From NCBI GenBank assembly GCA_963738245.1, contig CAVTWB010000012.1, positions 295,921-359,920 of the forward strand: a DNA stretch of 64,000 bases, given 5' to 3'. Origin of the DNA: an uncultured Verrucomicrobiae bacterium (GTDB taxonomy: Bacteria > Verrucomicrobiota > Verrucomicrobiia > Limisphaerales > UBA11358). The position numbers and the translations under genes were made by a program. Positions 53,659-61,909 of the stretch are shown here, one piece after another (position 1 is the stretch's first letter; each line of letters begins with the position of its first letter). The notes beneath the pieces are model-generated. The model searched no databases. It was not told the origin of the DNA and worked only from the letters and a program-made list of their open reading frames with translations.

Positions 53659-56600
53659 TGGTCGTGAACGGAGTGCCCAAGTTGGTGGTGGACCAGACTT
53701 GGTAAGTCAGGCCGGAAACACTAGTCCAACTAAGCGCGCTGTTGCCTTGCATGCTTAAAACCGGGATCCAATTCGGATCCACTAAAGTTACACCGGCACT
53801 GCTAATGCTGGCAGTTCCTTGGATCCCAGCGTTGTTAATCGCGCTCACTTCTGCGTAAAGCGTCACGCCATAATTGGTCGTCACCGTGATTGTCGTGCCT
53901 TGGATGATACCGCTGAAGACATCGGAAGCACCCGGTGAAGTCCCGACAATAACCCGATAGCCCGACACACCGCCCTCCGGATCGTTCAGTGGCAGCCAGT
54001 AGAACGTCACACTGTTGCCTATGACATAAGCGCCGGTCGTCGTTGGTGCGGCGAGGATTGCGGGCTGGGCCACGTCGTAAAGCTTCAAATATTGAGCTTC
54101 GTAAGGCAAATTCGTCCAACCGGCGCTGCTGGTCGGCACCGGGTTGAGCGAAACCGAAACCCCATTTGCCAGCAGATTGCTGCCAGCGATCCCGCCGGCA
54201 CCCCACAACCAATATGTGCGGCGGTCCGGATCAGCCCCGACATAAGCGGCGATGTTTTTCGCGTTATACATGCGCGCGGGGTCGATGCCGAAAAGGTTTG
54301 TCCCGTTCGCCCCAACGTTTACGTTAAAAACAGCCGAGTGGCCATTAGTAACATCGAGATTCACGAATGCGAAGACCACGTCATTGAAGTTCGGGAAGCC
54401 GTTGGTGGCTGTAAACTTGGCCACTGCATAAATATTGGGTTGAGACACGGTCGAGTTAAGGAAAGAGCGGTTGGCGCTTTGCAACGCCGGGCTGGCCTGG
54501 CGGGCCTGCCCTACAGCCGCGTAAAGAGGATAAAGTTGATCTACTCTTAAATTGCCAACTGCGGTCGTGATGGCGGGCACCAAAGAATTGAACTTGTATA
54601 AACTCGGAACATCACCCGCGTATACAGAAAATCCGAACGATTCCGTCGTGCCCAACTCCTGTCCATAAAATATATGCGGCACACCGTCAATGGTTCCTCC
54701 CACCATGAATCGGATTAATGCCTGATAGGGATCTGTGTAGTAAAAGCCCGCGTCATGTGAGGCGGCATTCCACAACATCAAGCACTCGCCGTAACTGCTC
54801 CGCTCTAAATTGAAAATGTTCTGGTAGCTGGTAGCCGTTGTGGCCGTCTGAAACGCGTTGTAAACACTGTCACACAGAATGTCGAAATCACGACCAGAGC
54901 GATAGGTTGGCGCGCTGGGAGGTGGCCAGCTCAAAGATTCGGCAAGGAAAACAAAATCCCATTTCTGCGACCGCACCTTGTTGATGATGTATTCCCAGCA
55001 TTGCGGCGGCAATCCATCCGCAAAGTCAGCGCGCATCCCGTCTATGCCCACGGAGGTCTGACTGGCCGGCGTGCCGTTGGTGCAACCAGTTTGGTTGAGC
55101 CAATACAGGATGGAATCGGCATAATATCTCCAAACGTTTTGAGTGATGTAGTCGAAACTCCCCGTGTTGGTGCTGTAATCAAACCAGTCGTCGGCGCTCA
55201 AGTCATTATTGTCGTCCTGGGGATTTTCACAAACCAGCGCGGCATAGACGCCGTAAAATACATCATTTACGTCGGTCCATTTTGCGATATCGATGTCGGG
55301 TGCTATCGCGATGTCATTGGAACTGGACGCGCGGCTGCACCAGGCGTTGGTTGCTGAAAAAAATTGTGATACACGCATCGGGATCAGATCCGTGGGTTGC
55401 CAATTGCCTGGATTACCCGGACCGCCGAAATCAGTGACCCCCTCATTATCCAGTTCCACATCATGGGCTGTGTGATCAAACGGCTCATCAATCATCACAT
55501 TTACGCCGGCGGCATCCGCCGCCGCAACGAAATTTGTGAATTCCATCATGCCGGCAGGTCGCGTGTTCGCCTTGCTCATCCAGGGTGACACTTGAAAATA
55601 GTTTTTCACGCAATAGGGACTGTTGATACTGCCCGCGATGCCTATGGGATGGATTGGCTCAAGCCAGAGCCAGTTCACGCCAAGATTAGTCACATAATTG
55701 AGATTAAAGCGGCTGGCAGCATTAGTAAGGTCGCTGAAGGTGCTGCGCTGGGAACCGTTTAATGCCGCGCCTGACGCGTCAATATTATTGACCGCCAGCT
55801 CATAAACCGCCGCACTCAGCGCTTTTTTGGGCGAAACGACAACCATAAAGTCACGTCGGTTGCCGGTGATGTAAGGAGAGTTGGTGCTATACCAATTCCA
55901 ATTCGTCGAACCCGATACCTGCCAACGCGCCGTCAGACGATAGACCCCGGTCTTTTGTGCGTTGAGTGTCAGCGAATACTGCCCCGGCGTGCTGGTCGGC
56001 GACATCGCATACGCCTCATAATAATTATTGGTGTCGCCGGTGGCGATGGTGTTGCCATCCGGCGGCACAATTCCGTCTTCAATGCCGTCGCCGTTGGCAT
56101 CCATGGTGGCATGGTCACGCCGGTTCAGATTGGAAAAAGCATCCGCCTCCACCACGTTTGTAGCATTGGGTGAAAATAAAATTGTCAGCGGCACGACATC
56201 ATTCGACACTTCATTGACGAAGACATGCGTCATGCCGTAATCAGCGGTGATGCCATTGACGGTCAGAACCGGCGCTGCCGAAACCGGCACGGTAAAATAT
56301 TCAGCAGCAGTCGAACCGAAGTTAAATGTGGCCCTGCCTAAATTCGCTGTTCCAGAGGCCAATCCTGGAAGAAATTGATTCGAGAGAAATGCTTCCAGAT
56401 TGCCATTGATGCCGACCAAAACGTTGATGGTGCCGCCGGGATTGCCGATCAATGATAGCGGAATCGCCAGTTCCAAGCCGGTTGATCCCGTGCCAACATT
56501 GGCGGCCTGGGTTTTCGAGTTGTTATTATTGAACCCGACCACCACTGAGTTATCAACGGTTCCATTTACCACGATATTGCCACTTTCCGTTAAACTCCCA

Positions 56601-57070
56601 AGGGCATCCGCGGCGGTATTATTTGTCAAATTATACTGACTAACGGTAAGAGTCTTATTGGTGTTGTTGACGTTTAATGCGTAAACCGCCGAAAATCCGG
56701 GGCTGAATGTTGAACCGTTCATGACCGACAAATTATTCAGCCCAAGATTTCCTGGATTCGCAGCGCTCAAAGTGCTTTGACCGCCTGAACCAGAAATGAA
56801 GAGATTAATATTATTTCCATTATTTTGAAGGTTTCCGGGAAAAAACAGATAGAGATTCCCGTTCGCGATTAAACCATAGGCGGCATCCAACTCCGAGTAA
56901 TTGAGACCAAATCCAGTCGCATCAGTCTGGACCGCGAGCGGGCTGCCAAATGCCGGATCGTAGCTCCCATTTATACTGGCTGGCTGGGCACAGGCTGATA
57001 CCGCCAGCCCGCCGATGATCACCAGCAAAAATGGAAGACAAGCGCTTTGGAGACATTTTATTTTCACCAT
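53564..57070 (-). CDS. large secreted multidomain GH13 (alpha-amylase family) protein with FN3-like C-terminal domains
   Basis: Signal peptide. GVNWLWLEPIHPIG, GIDGMRADFADGLP, VFLAESL, AASHD catalytic-region blocks. YWLPLNDPEGGVSGYRVIVGTSPG (FN3-like). Confidence 0.8.
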   Translation of the reverse strand: MVKIKCLQSACLPFLLVIIGGLAVSACAQPASINGSYDPAFGSPLAVQTDATGFGLNYSELDAAYGLIANGNLYLFFPGNLQNNGNNINLFISGSGGQSTLSAANPGNLGLNNLSVMNGSTFSPGFSAVYALNVNNTNKTLTVSQYNLTNNTAADALGSLTESGNIVVNGTVDNSVVVGFNNNNSKTQAANVGTGSTGLELAIPLSLIGNPGGTINVLVGINGNLEAFLSNQFLPGLASGTANLGRATFNFGSTAAEYFTVPVSAAPVLTVNGITADYGMTHVFVNEVSNDVVPLTILFSPNATNVVEADAFSNLNRRDHATMDANGDGIEDGIVPPDGNTIATGDTNNYYEAYAMSPTSTPGQYSLTLNAQKTGVYRLTARWQVSGSTNWNWYSTNSPYITGNRRDFMVVVSPKKALSAAVYELAVNNIDASGAALNGSQRSTFSDLTNAASRFNLNYVTNLGVNWLWLEPIHPIGIAGSINSPYCVKNYFQVSPWMSKANTRPAGMMEFTNFVAAADAAGVNVMIDEPFDHTAHDVELDNEGVTDFGGPGNPGNWQPTDLIPMRVSQFFSATNAWCSRASSSNDIAIAPDIDIAKWTDVNDVFYGVYAALVCENPQDDNNDLSADDWFDYSTNTGSFDYITQNVWRYYADSILYWLNQTGCTNGTPASQTSVGIDGMRADFADGLPPQCWEYIINKVRSQKWDFVFLAESLSWPPPSAPTYRSGRDFDILCDSVYNAFQTATTATSYQNIFNLERSSYGECLMLWNAASHDAGFYYTDPYQALIRFMVGGTIDGVPHIFYGQELGTTESFGFSVYAGDVPSLYKFNSLVPAITTAVGNLRVDQLYPLYAAVGQARQASPALQSANRSFLNSTVSQPNIYAVAKFTATNGFPNFNDVVFAFVNLDVTNGHSAVFNVNVGANGTNLFGIDPARMYNAKNIAAYVGADPDRRTYWLWGAGGIAGSNLLANGVSVSLNPVPTSSAGWTNLPYEAQYLKLYDVAQPAILAAPTTTGAYVIGNSVTFYWLPLNDPEGGVSGYRVIVGTSPGASDVFSGIIQGTTITVTTNYGVTLYAEVSAINNAGIQGTASISSAGVTLVDPNWIPVLSMQGNSALSWTSVSGLTYQVWSTTNLGTPFTTIGGVITASGSTTQSTNNFTDPERFYRVQIIP

Positions 57071-57072
57071 GT

Positions 57073-58491
57073 CTAATTTTTATCCGGGGCAAGACTCGCC
57101 ACCGAACGTAACAATATAGACGGGCGATGATAGATGCGCCACTCGTATTGGTTCAGGTGAATCGTTGGCAGCGGGCCGCCTTGGTAACCCGGCAAGCCCG
57201 AAATTTCCATCGGCGCAAAGCCGTCCGCGTTTTTCAAGTCTACTTTGCCGGTAACCGGGTGGTCGGAAAAATTGATGACGACCAGAAGTTCATCCTTGTC
57301 ATCGGCGCGCAGAAAAGTGACAAGATTGGTCTCATCCGAGTTATGGAGCCAGTCCACGCGCGAATTGCGGAGCGCGGCATATTGACGGCGGAGTTGGATC
57401 AGGTTGTGGTAGATGCTGCGCAACTCCGGATGATCCTTCGGCTTCCAAGAAATATTCCGCTTGTCAAAGAGCGCGCCGCCGTCGGATTGGTTGGTGTCCC
57501 CGGCTTCCATGCCGTTGTAGATCAGCGGCACGCCGTCGAGCGTGAACGTCAATGCCGATGCGGCCAGCGCCCCGTCAAGCCCGTAGCGGGTGACCGCACG
57601 GGATGTGTCGTGATCGTCGGAAATCCGCATGTGCAGTGCAGACTTTGGAAACTGTGCGCGGCTCTCTTCCCATGACCGCGGTATGTTTGATGCGGGCGCG
57701 TTGTGAATCAGAACGTCATCCATGGTTGAAAGCAATGGCCAGGAGTAATCAATGTCGAACGCGTTGGTAAGCAATTCCGGCTTGCTGGCTTCGGCTAGCA
57801 ATATGATGTCCGGCTTGACCTTTGCAAGTTCAGTGCGGATCTGTTCCCAAAAATCCGTCGGCATCATGGCGGCGGCATCGCACCGGAATCCGTCCACGTT
57901 GCAGGTTTTAATCCAGTATTTGAGCATCGCGACCATGTATTGGCGCAACGCCGGATTGTCATAATTTAAAGCGGCCACATCCGTCCATGCCGGCACCGGA
58001 GGAATTATCTTTCCCTGGGCGTCATGTTTGTAAAATTCCGGGTGCTGCATCATCACACTATCCCACGCGGTGTGGTCCGCGACCAGGTCCATGATGACCT
58101 TCATGCCGCGCTTGTGCGCCTCGGAAACAAACCGCCGGTAATCCTTCACCGTGCCATAATTGGGATCCACGGCATAATAATCTTTTATGGAATAAGGACT
58201 CCCAAATTCGCCTTTGCGAAATTTTTCGCCGATGGGATGGATCGGCATCGTCCACAAGATGTTCACTCCGAGACGTTGCAACTCATCCAGTTTGGCGGTG
58301 ACGCCGCCAAGGTTGCCAGCCATGGAAAAGTCGCGCGGAAAGATTTCGTAAATGGTGCCGCTCCGAAGCCAGTCGGGCGAAGGACGGGCTGTGACGCCGG
58401 AAACATCCGCATCGGCCCAAACGCGCGGTGAAACTAAAACGAGTGCCGCGGCGAATGTGAGGGCGATTATTCTAAAAAACTGAAAATTCAT
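57073..58491 (-). CDS. secreted GH13 alpha-amylase-family glycoside hydrolase
   Basis: Signal peptide. DLVADHTA, VDGFRCDAAAMM, ILLAEA, ISDDHD (GH13 regions I-IV). Confidence 0.85.
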   Translation of the reverse strand: MNFQFFRIIALTFAAALVLVSPRVWADADVSGVTARPSPDWLRSGTIYEIFPRDFSMAGNLGGVTAKLDELQRLGVNILWTMPIHPIGEKFRKGEFGSPYSIKDYYAVDPNYGTVKDYRRFVSEAHKRGMKVIMDLVADHTAWDSVMMQHPEFYKHDAQGKIIPPVPAWTDVAALNYDNPALRQYMVAMLKYWIKTCNVDGFRCDAAAMMPTDFWEQIRTELAKVKPDIILLAEASKPELLTNAFDIDYSWPLLSTMDDVLIHNAPASNIPRSWEESRAQFPKSALHMRISDDHDTSRAVTRYGLDGALAASALTFTLDGVPLIYNGMEAGDTNQSDGGALFDKRNISWKPKDHPELRSIYHNLIQLRRQYAALRNSRVDWLHNSDETNLVTFLRADDKDELLVVINFSDHPVTGKVDLKNADGFAPMEISGLPGYQGGPLPTIHLNQYEWRIYHRPSILLRSVASLAPDKN

Positions 58492-58577
58492 GGTGATAGT
58501 GCTAGTTCAAAGATCCTTTCCGAAACCGCACGAGCCTGCATACACAGGGAACAGCCATGTGCAACAGCCCATGCAAA

Positions 58578-59472
58578 TCAATTTACCGGTGTGTGCGCCG
58601 CCAGATAAAGCAAGTCGGGGTCGTTGAGCGGACAAGGAACTTGCTGCCTTCCGTTGGGCAACGCCCCCAATGGCGGGGACGAAGCTCCGTTCCAATATGC
58701 CAACGGCACGTTGGCAATCTCACCCTGCCATTTGTGGATTTCCGCGTGGCCGTCGGCAAAAGCCATTCCGCAGGCGCCTCCATGTTGAACACCGGGTATT
58801 TCAGTTATAACTCCAGACGCATAGTTTGCGCAGTAAAATATATTGTCGTCCAGGCTGTCGGGATGCTCATCGGAGAACACCCACACATCGCTGGGGCCGG
58901 GAGCATGAAAGTCGGTAGATTTTTTTGCGAAGTAAAAGGACGGCCAGCCAAAGGGGGCACCAGTCCCAGTAACAGGGTTGACCCCAAATTTGTCTCCGTC
59001 TCCAACGGCGCCGTTCATCACCACGCTGTGAGAGCGGGCGGACCAACCCGCTTTCGCCTGGGCTGGACTCCTAAAATTGGCCGCCGGGCATTGCATGACC
59101 TTGGCGGATCTGGCCAGATAAGACCCCAGCAATGAATACCGGTCATCGGTCAAATAGAGTAAATTCGTATTTTCCTGCCCTGTAGTCCAATTAAAGCCCT
59201 GGCATAAAATCCATGATGGTGAACCATTGAATAAAGATGATCCCGCCGGGTTCGCCCGCGTATCACAATTTATCGTCAGGTGGTCAGCTGTTATCGTTTG
59301 CATACATGAGCCAGGCCAGACCAAGCTGCTTGTTGTTGCTCATACACGCAGCGGCCACGGCCCTTATCTTGGCCTTGTTCAACGCCGGCAGCAACATGGC
59401 AGCCAGAATGGCTATGATGGCGATGACTACCAGTAATTCGATCAATGTGAATCCCGCGCGACGGTTTTTCAT
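58578..59472 (-). CDS. prepilin-type N-terminal methylation-site protein of the DUF1559 (H-x9-DG) family; 1-nt frame break near 59288
   Basis: [26 protein letters not shown], then WLMYANDNS-stop. The next frame continues ADHLTINCD .. [15 protein letters not shown] (H-x9-DG). Confidence 0.8.
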
Positions 59473-59474
59473 AT

Positions 59475-59504
59475 ATTCCCTGTAATTCCCTGTAATTCCC
59501 TGTA
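59475..59504. repeat. 3 x 10-bp perfect tandem repeat directly upstream of the pilin-like start codon
   Basis: Plus strand ATTCCCTGTA x3. Minus strand reads TACAGGGAAT x3 followed by AT-ATG. Confidence 0.9.
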
Positions 59505-59526
59505 ACTTATTTTATAACCACACCAT

Positions 59527-59568
59527 AAATTAAACCCGCCCAACCGTCTTTTCGCACGGTCGGGCGGG
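59527..59568 (-). terminator. rho-independent terminator after the multi-CBM gene
   Basis: 12-bp stem CCCGCCCAACCG / CGGTCGGGCGGG (1 mismatch). On the minus strand it is followed by TTTAATTTAT. Confidence 0.6.
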
Positions 59569-59590
59569 CATTTTCCAACCCCTAACCGGC

Positions 59591-61546
59591 TTACGGCTTA
59601 ACCAAGCGGAAGAATGTATTCCCGCTGGACGGCCAATTTGTGACGCTCACGAAACCATTGGTTGAACTGTAACCTATAGTCCAGTTTGTGCCGTCGGTTG
59701 CCGGGAGATTCTGCCAAGGACCGCTAAGACTGCTTGCGGATTGCAGATTGGCACCCGGACGACCAAGCCAGGACACCGGAACAGTGCCAGCGACCGGCGT
59801 TCCGACGGTCAGATTGCCACCGGCCAAGCTGCCGTTGGCACCAATATTGCCGGTGCTGAAAAACGGCTCTACATACGGATTGGTGCTAAACGTATCCGTT
59901 GGCAACACATAAGGATTGAACTTGGTTGAACGCACTGCGGCGTAGTGAACGAGGTTTGAAGCCGCCTCATTTTCGACGGGGCCGCCTGCATCCACATAGT
60001 CCATGCCATACTGGTAGCTCAACGCCACTGGTGTTCCCCGGGGTATGATAATCGTGTTGGTATAAATTCCCGATGACCCTTCCTGAATCATTTGATAACC
60101 AGGAGGCGCAGGAGTCGGAGTTAGTCCCGACGACCAGCCATACCAGAATTGAGAAGTGCCAAATGTGGGATCAGGCTGAGATGGCGTGGCCCCAGCGAAC
60201 ATGCCGTTAATATAAACATTATCCGTGCCTACAATAAACTGGTGCCCATCATTGCCGACCGCGTTAGTCATGTTCACGCTGAACTGCACTGCCGTATCCT
60301 GCGGCAAATAGTCGTCAGGGGCGAGGTCGTTGAAGTAATAATTCAAGTTTGTATAAAGGGGTGCGCCAGTTACCGGAAAATTAAAGGTGTGCCGATAATT
60401 ATTATTGACAACCCAGTTTGGCCCGCCATCCTGGCCATAGTCATACACCCACGCACCGGTATAAGCGTTGGTATATCTAAATTGAACGGTATAGGATGCG
60501 CCTTCTCCAACGATCACCGTCGCACTATAAAGATTGGTGTTCGGAGCAGCGAGGTTGTTGTTCAACTGCACGCCACCGGCCCAGCCGTTAAAAGTCCCCC
60601 AGGCCGTCACGCTGCCGGCAATGAAGTTGGTGTCATACTTGGCGACACCCGACATATCCAAGTTGAAGGTCACATGGGCAATCGAATAGGGTTGATCACT
60701 AAAGTTGACCAGCGGCAGGGTTTGATTGCCTTCGGTAAAAAACCGGTTACCACCACTATCCGAATTGGGATATGCCGGACTATCCCAATTATACTCAGGC
60801 ATGATTACATATTTGAAATCCTCCGCGCAATTCGGTGTCGCCATTCCGGAATAACGTGCGTTCAAGGTGATTGGTGCCGTTACGGTATAAACATTTGACA
60901 AAACCAGTGGCGGTATAAAATTGTTGTTCGTTATTTTAATGCTCGGATCGTTCGTCAACGTAAACTGGGCTCCTGGCGTTTGGCTCCAACCGTTGAAGCT
61001 GCCCGCGATGATAACTGTGTCGCCACCTTGCGGATTAAAATTTCCAAGCAGAATCTGTTCGGACATGTCAACTTGGAACTTTACATTGGCCGTCGTAGCC
61101 GGCCCCATATCATTGAAAAACGGAGTTGGCAGCACTAGGCTGGCACCGCTGTTTGTAGGCAGATATGCCGCCCGGTTCGCCCAATCTGCCGGCCCTTCGT
61201 CACCATTCACATCATCGTGGTATATGTAACTTAAATTTCCGCCGTTGGGATCATCCGTGTCCTCGATGGTGTTTGTATAAACCGGACCGGTGCCTTCTTG
61301 AACCAGCGTCAGATAAGCGCCCCAGCCATTAAATGTTCCACGAGCGTATACTTGATTATTACCAGTCCCGCCATATTGAGTTGCTCCGACATACGCCGGC
61401 ACAGACGGGTTGAATGTTCCATTGACGAGGTTTGAGGACTCATCCACGCTGAACGTGATGAAAGTGCTTTGAGCTTGGGCAGTCAAGATTCCGGCTGAGC
61501 ACAGCAAGAGCCATGTCCAGACGCAGTTTAGCAGATTTCGTTTCAT
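59591..61546 (-). CDS. secreted protein with repeated beta-sandwich carbohydrate-binding-like modules
   Basis: Signal peptide LLLCSAGILTAQA. Recurring RGTFNGWG / GSFNGWS / GTFNGWAGG motifs reminiscent of starch/glycogen-binding modules (CBM20/48-like). Module family not confirmed. Confidence 0.6.
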   Translation of the reverse strand: MKRNLLNCVWTWLLLCSAGILTAQAQSTFITFSVDESSNLVNGTFNPSVPAYVGATQYGGTGNNQVYARGTFNGWGAYLTLVQEGTGPVYTNTIEDTDDPNGGNLSYIYHDDVNGDEGPADWANRAAYLPTNSGASLVLPTPFFNDMGPATTANVKFQVDMSEQILLGNFNPQGGDTVIIAGSFNGWSQTPGAQFTLTNDPSIKITNNNFIPPLVLSNVYTVTAPITLNARYSGMATPNCAEDFKYVIMPEYNWDSPAYPNSDSGGNRFFTEGNQTLPLVNFSDQPYSIAHVTFNLDMSGVAKYDTNFIAGSVTAWGTFNGWAGGVQLNNNLAAPNTNLYSATVIVGEGASYTVQFRYTNAYTGAWVYDYGQDGGPNWVVNNNYRHTFNFPVTGAPLYTNLNYYFNDLAPDDYLPQDTAVQFSVNMTNAVGNDGHQFIVGTDNVYINGMFAGATPSQPDPTFGTSQFWYGWSSGLTPTPAPPGYQMIQEGSSGIYTNTIIIPRGTPVALSYQYGMDYVDAGGPVENEAASNLVHYAAVRSTKFNPYVLPTDTFSTNPYVEPFFSTGNIGANGSLAGGNLTVGTPVAGTVPVSWLGRPGANLQSASSLSGPWQNLPATDGTNWTIGYSSTNGFVSVTNWPSSGNTFFRLVKP

Positions 61547-61674
61547 AGGGTTTCTCGTTTCATTTTTTCAGGTTGTTTGTTAAAGCGACCTCAATGCAAT
61601 CTGCGGGCTGCTTTAGCCGACTCATCGCCAATGGGGTCATTGGAGTAACATTACCAAAGATATTCTTGGGCTGC

Positions 61675-61718
61675 CATCGCATGAATTGTGGTGCGGGCAT
61701 CGCATGAATAGTGCGGGC
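61675..61718. repeat. imperfect tandem direct repeat in a divergent promoter region
   Basis: CATCGCATGAATTGTGGTGCGGGC followed by CATCGCATGAATAGTGCGGGC. Confidence 0.7.
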
Positions 61719-61909
61719 CGAAAATATAGTCTTTTTGAGGATAATAATCATTACTATTACTCACTGTGGGCTTGCCCGATATCGTAATCCTTTTCATTTT
61801 ATTTGGAATTAATGTGCCGACTCATTGCGAAATCTGAACTTACTTTGGGCTTGAATCCTGCCGTTTTGAAGTCAAAGTTGCACCATTCCAAACACCCATT
61901 AGTCCTGAT

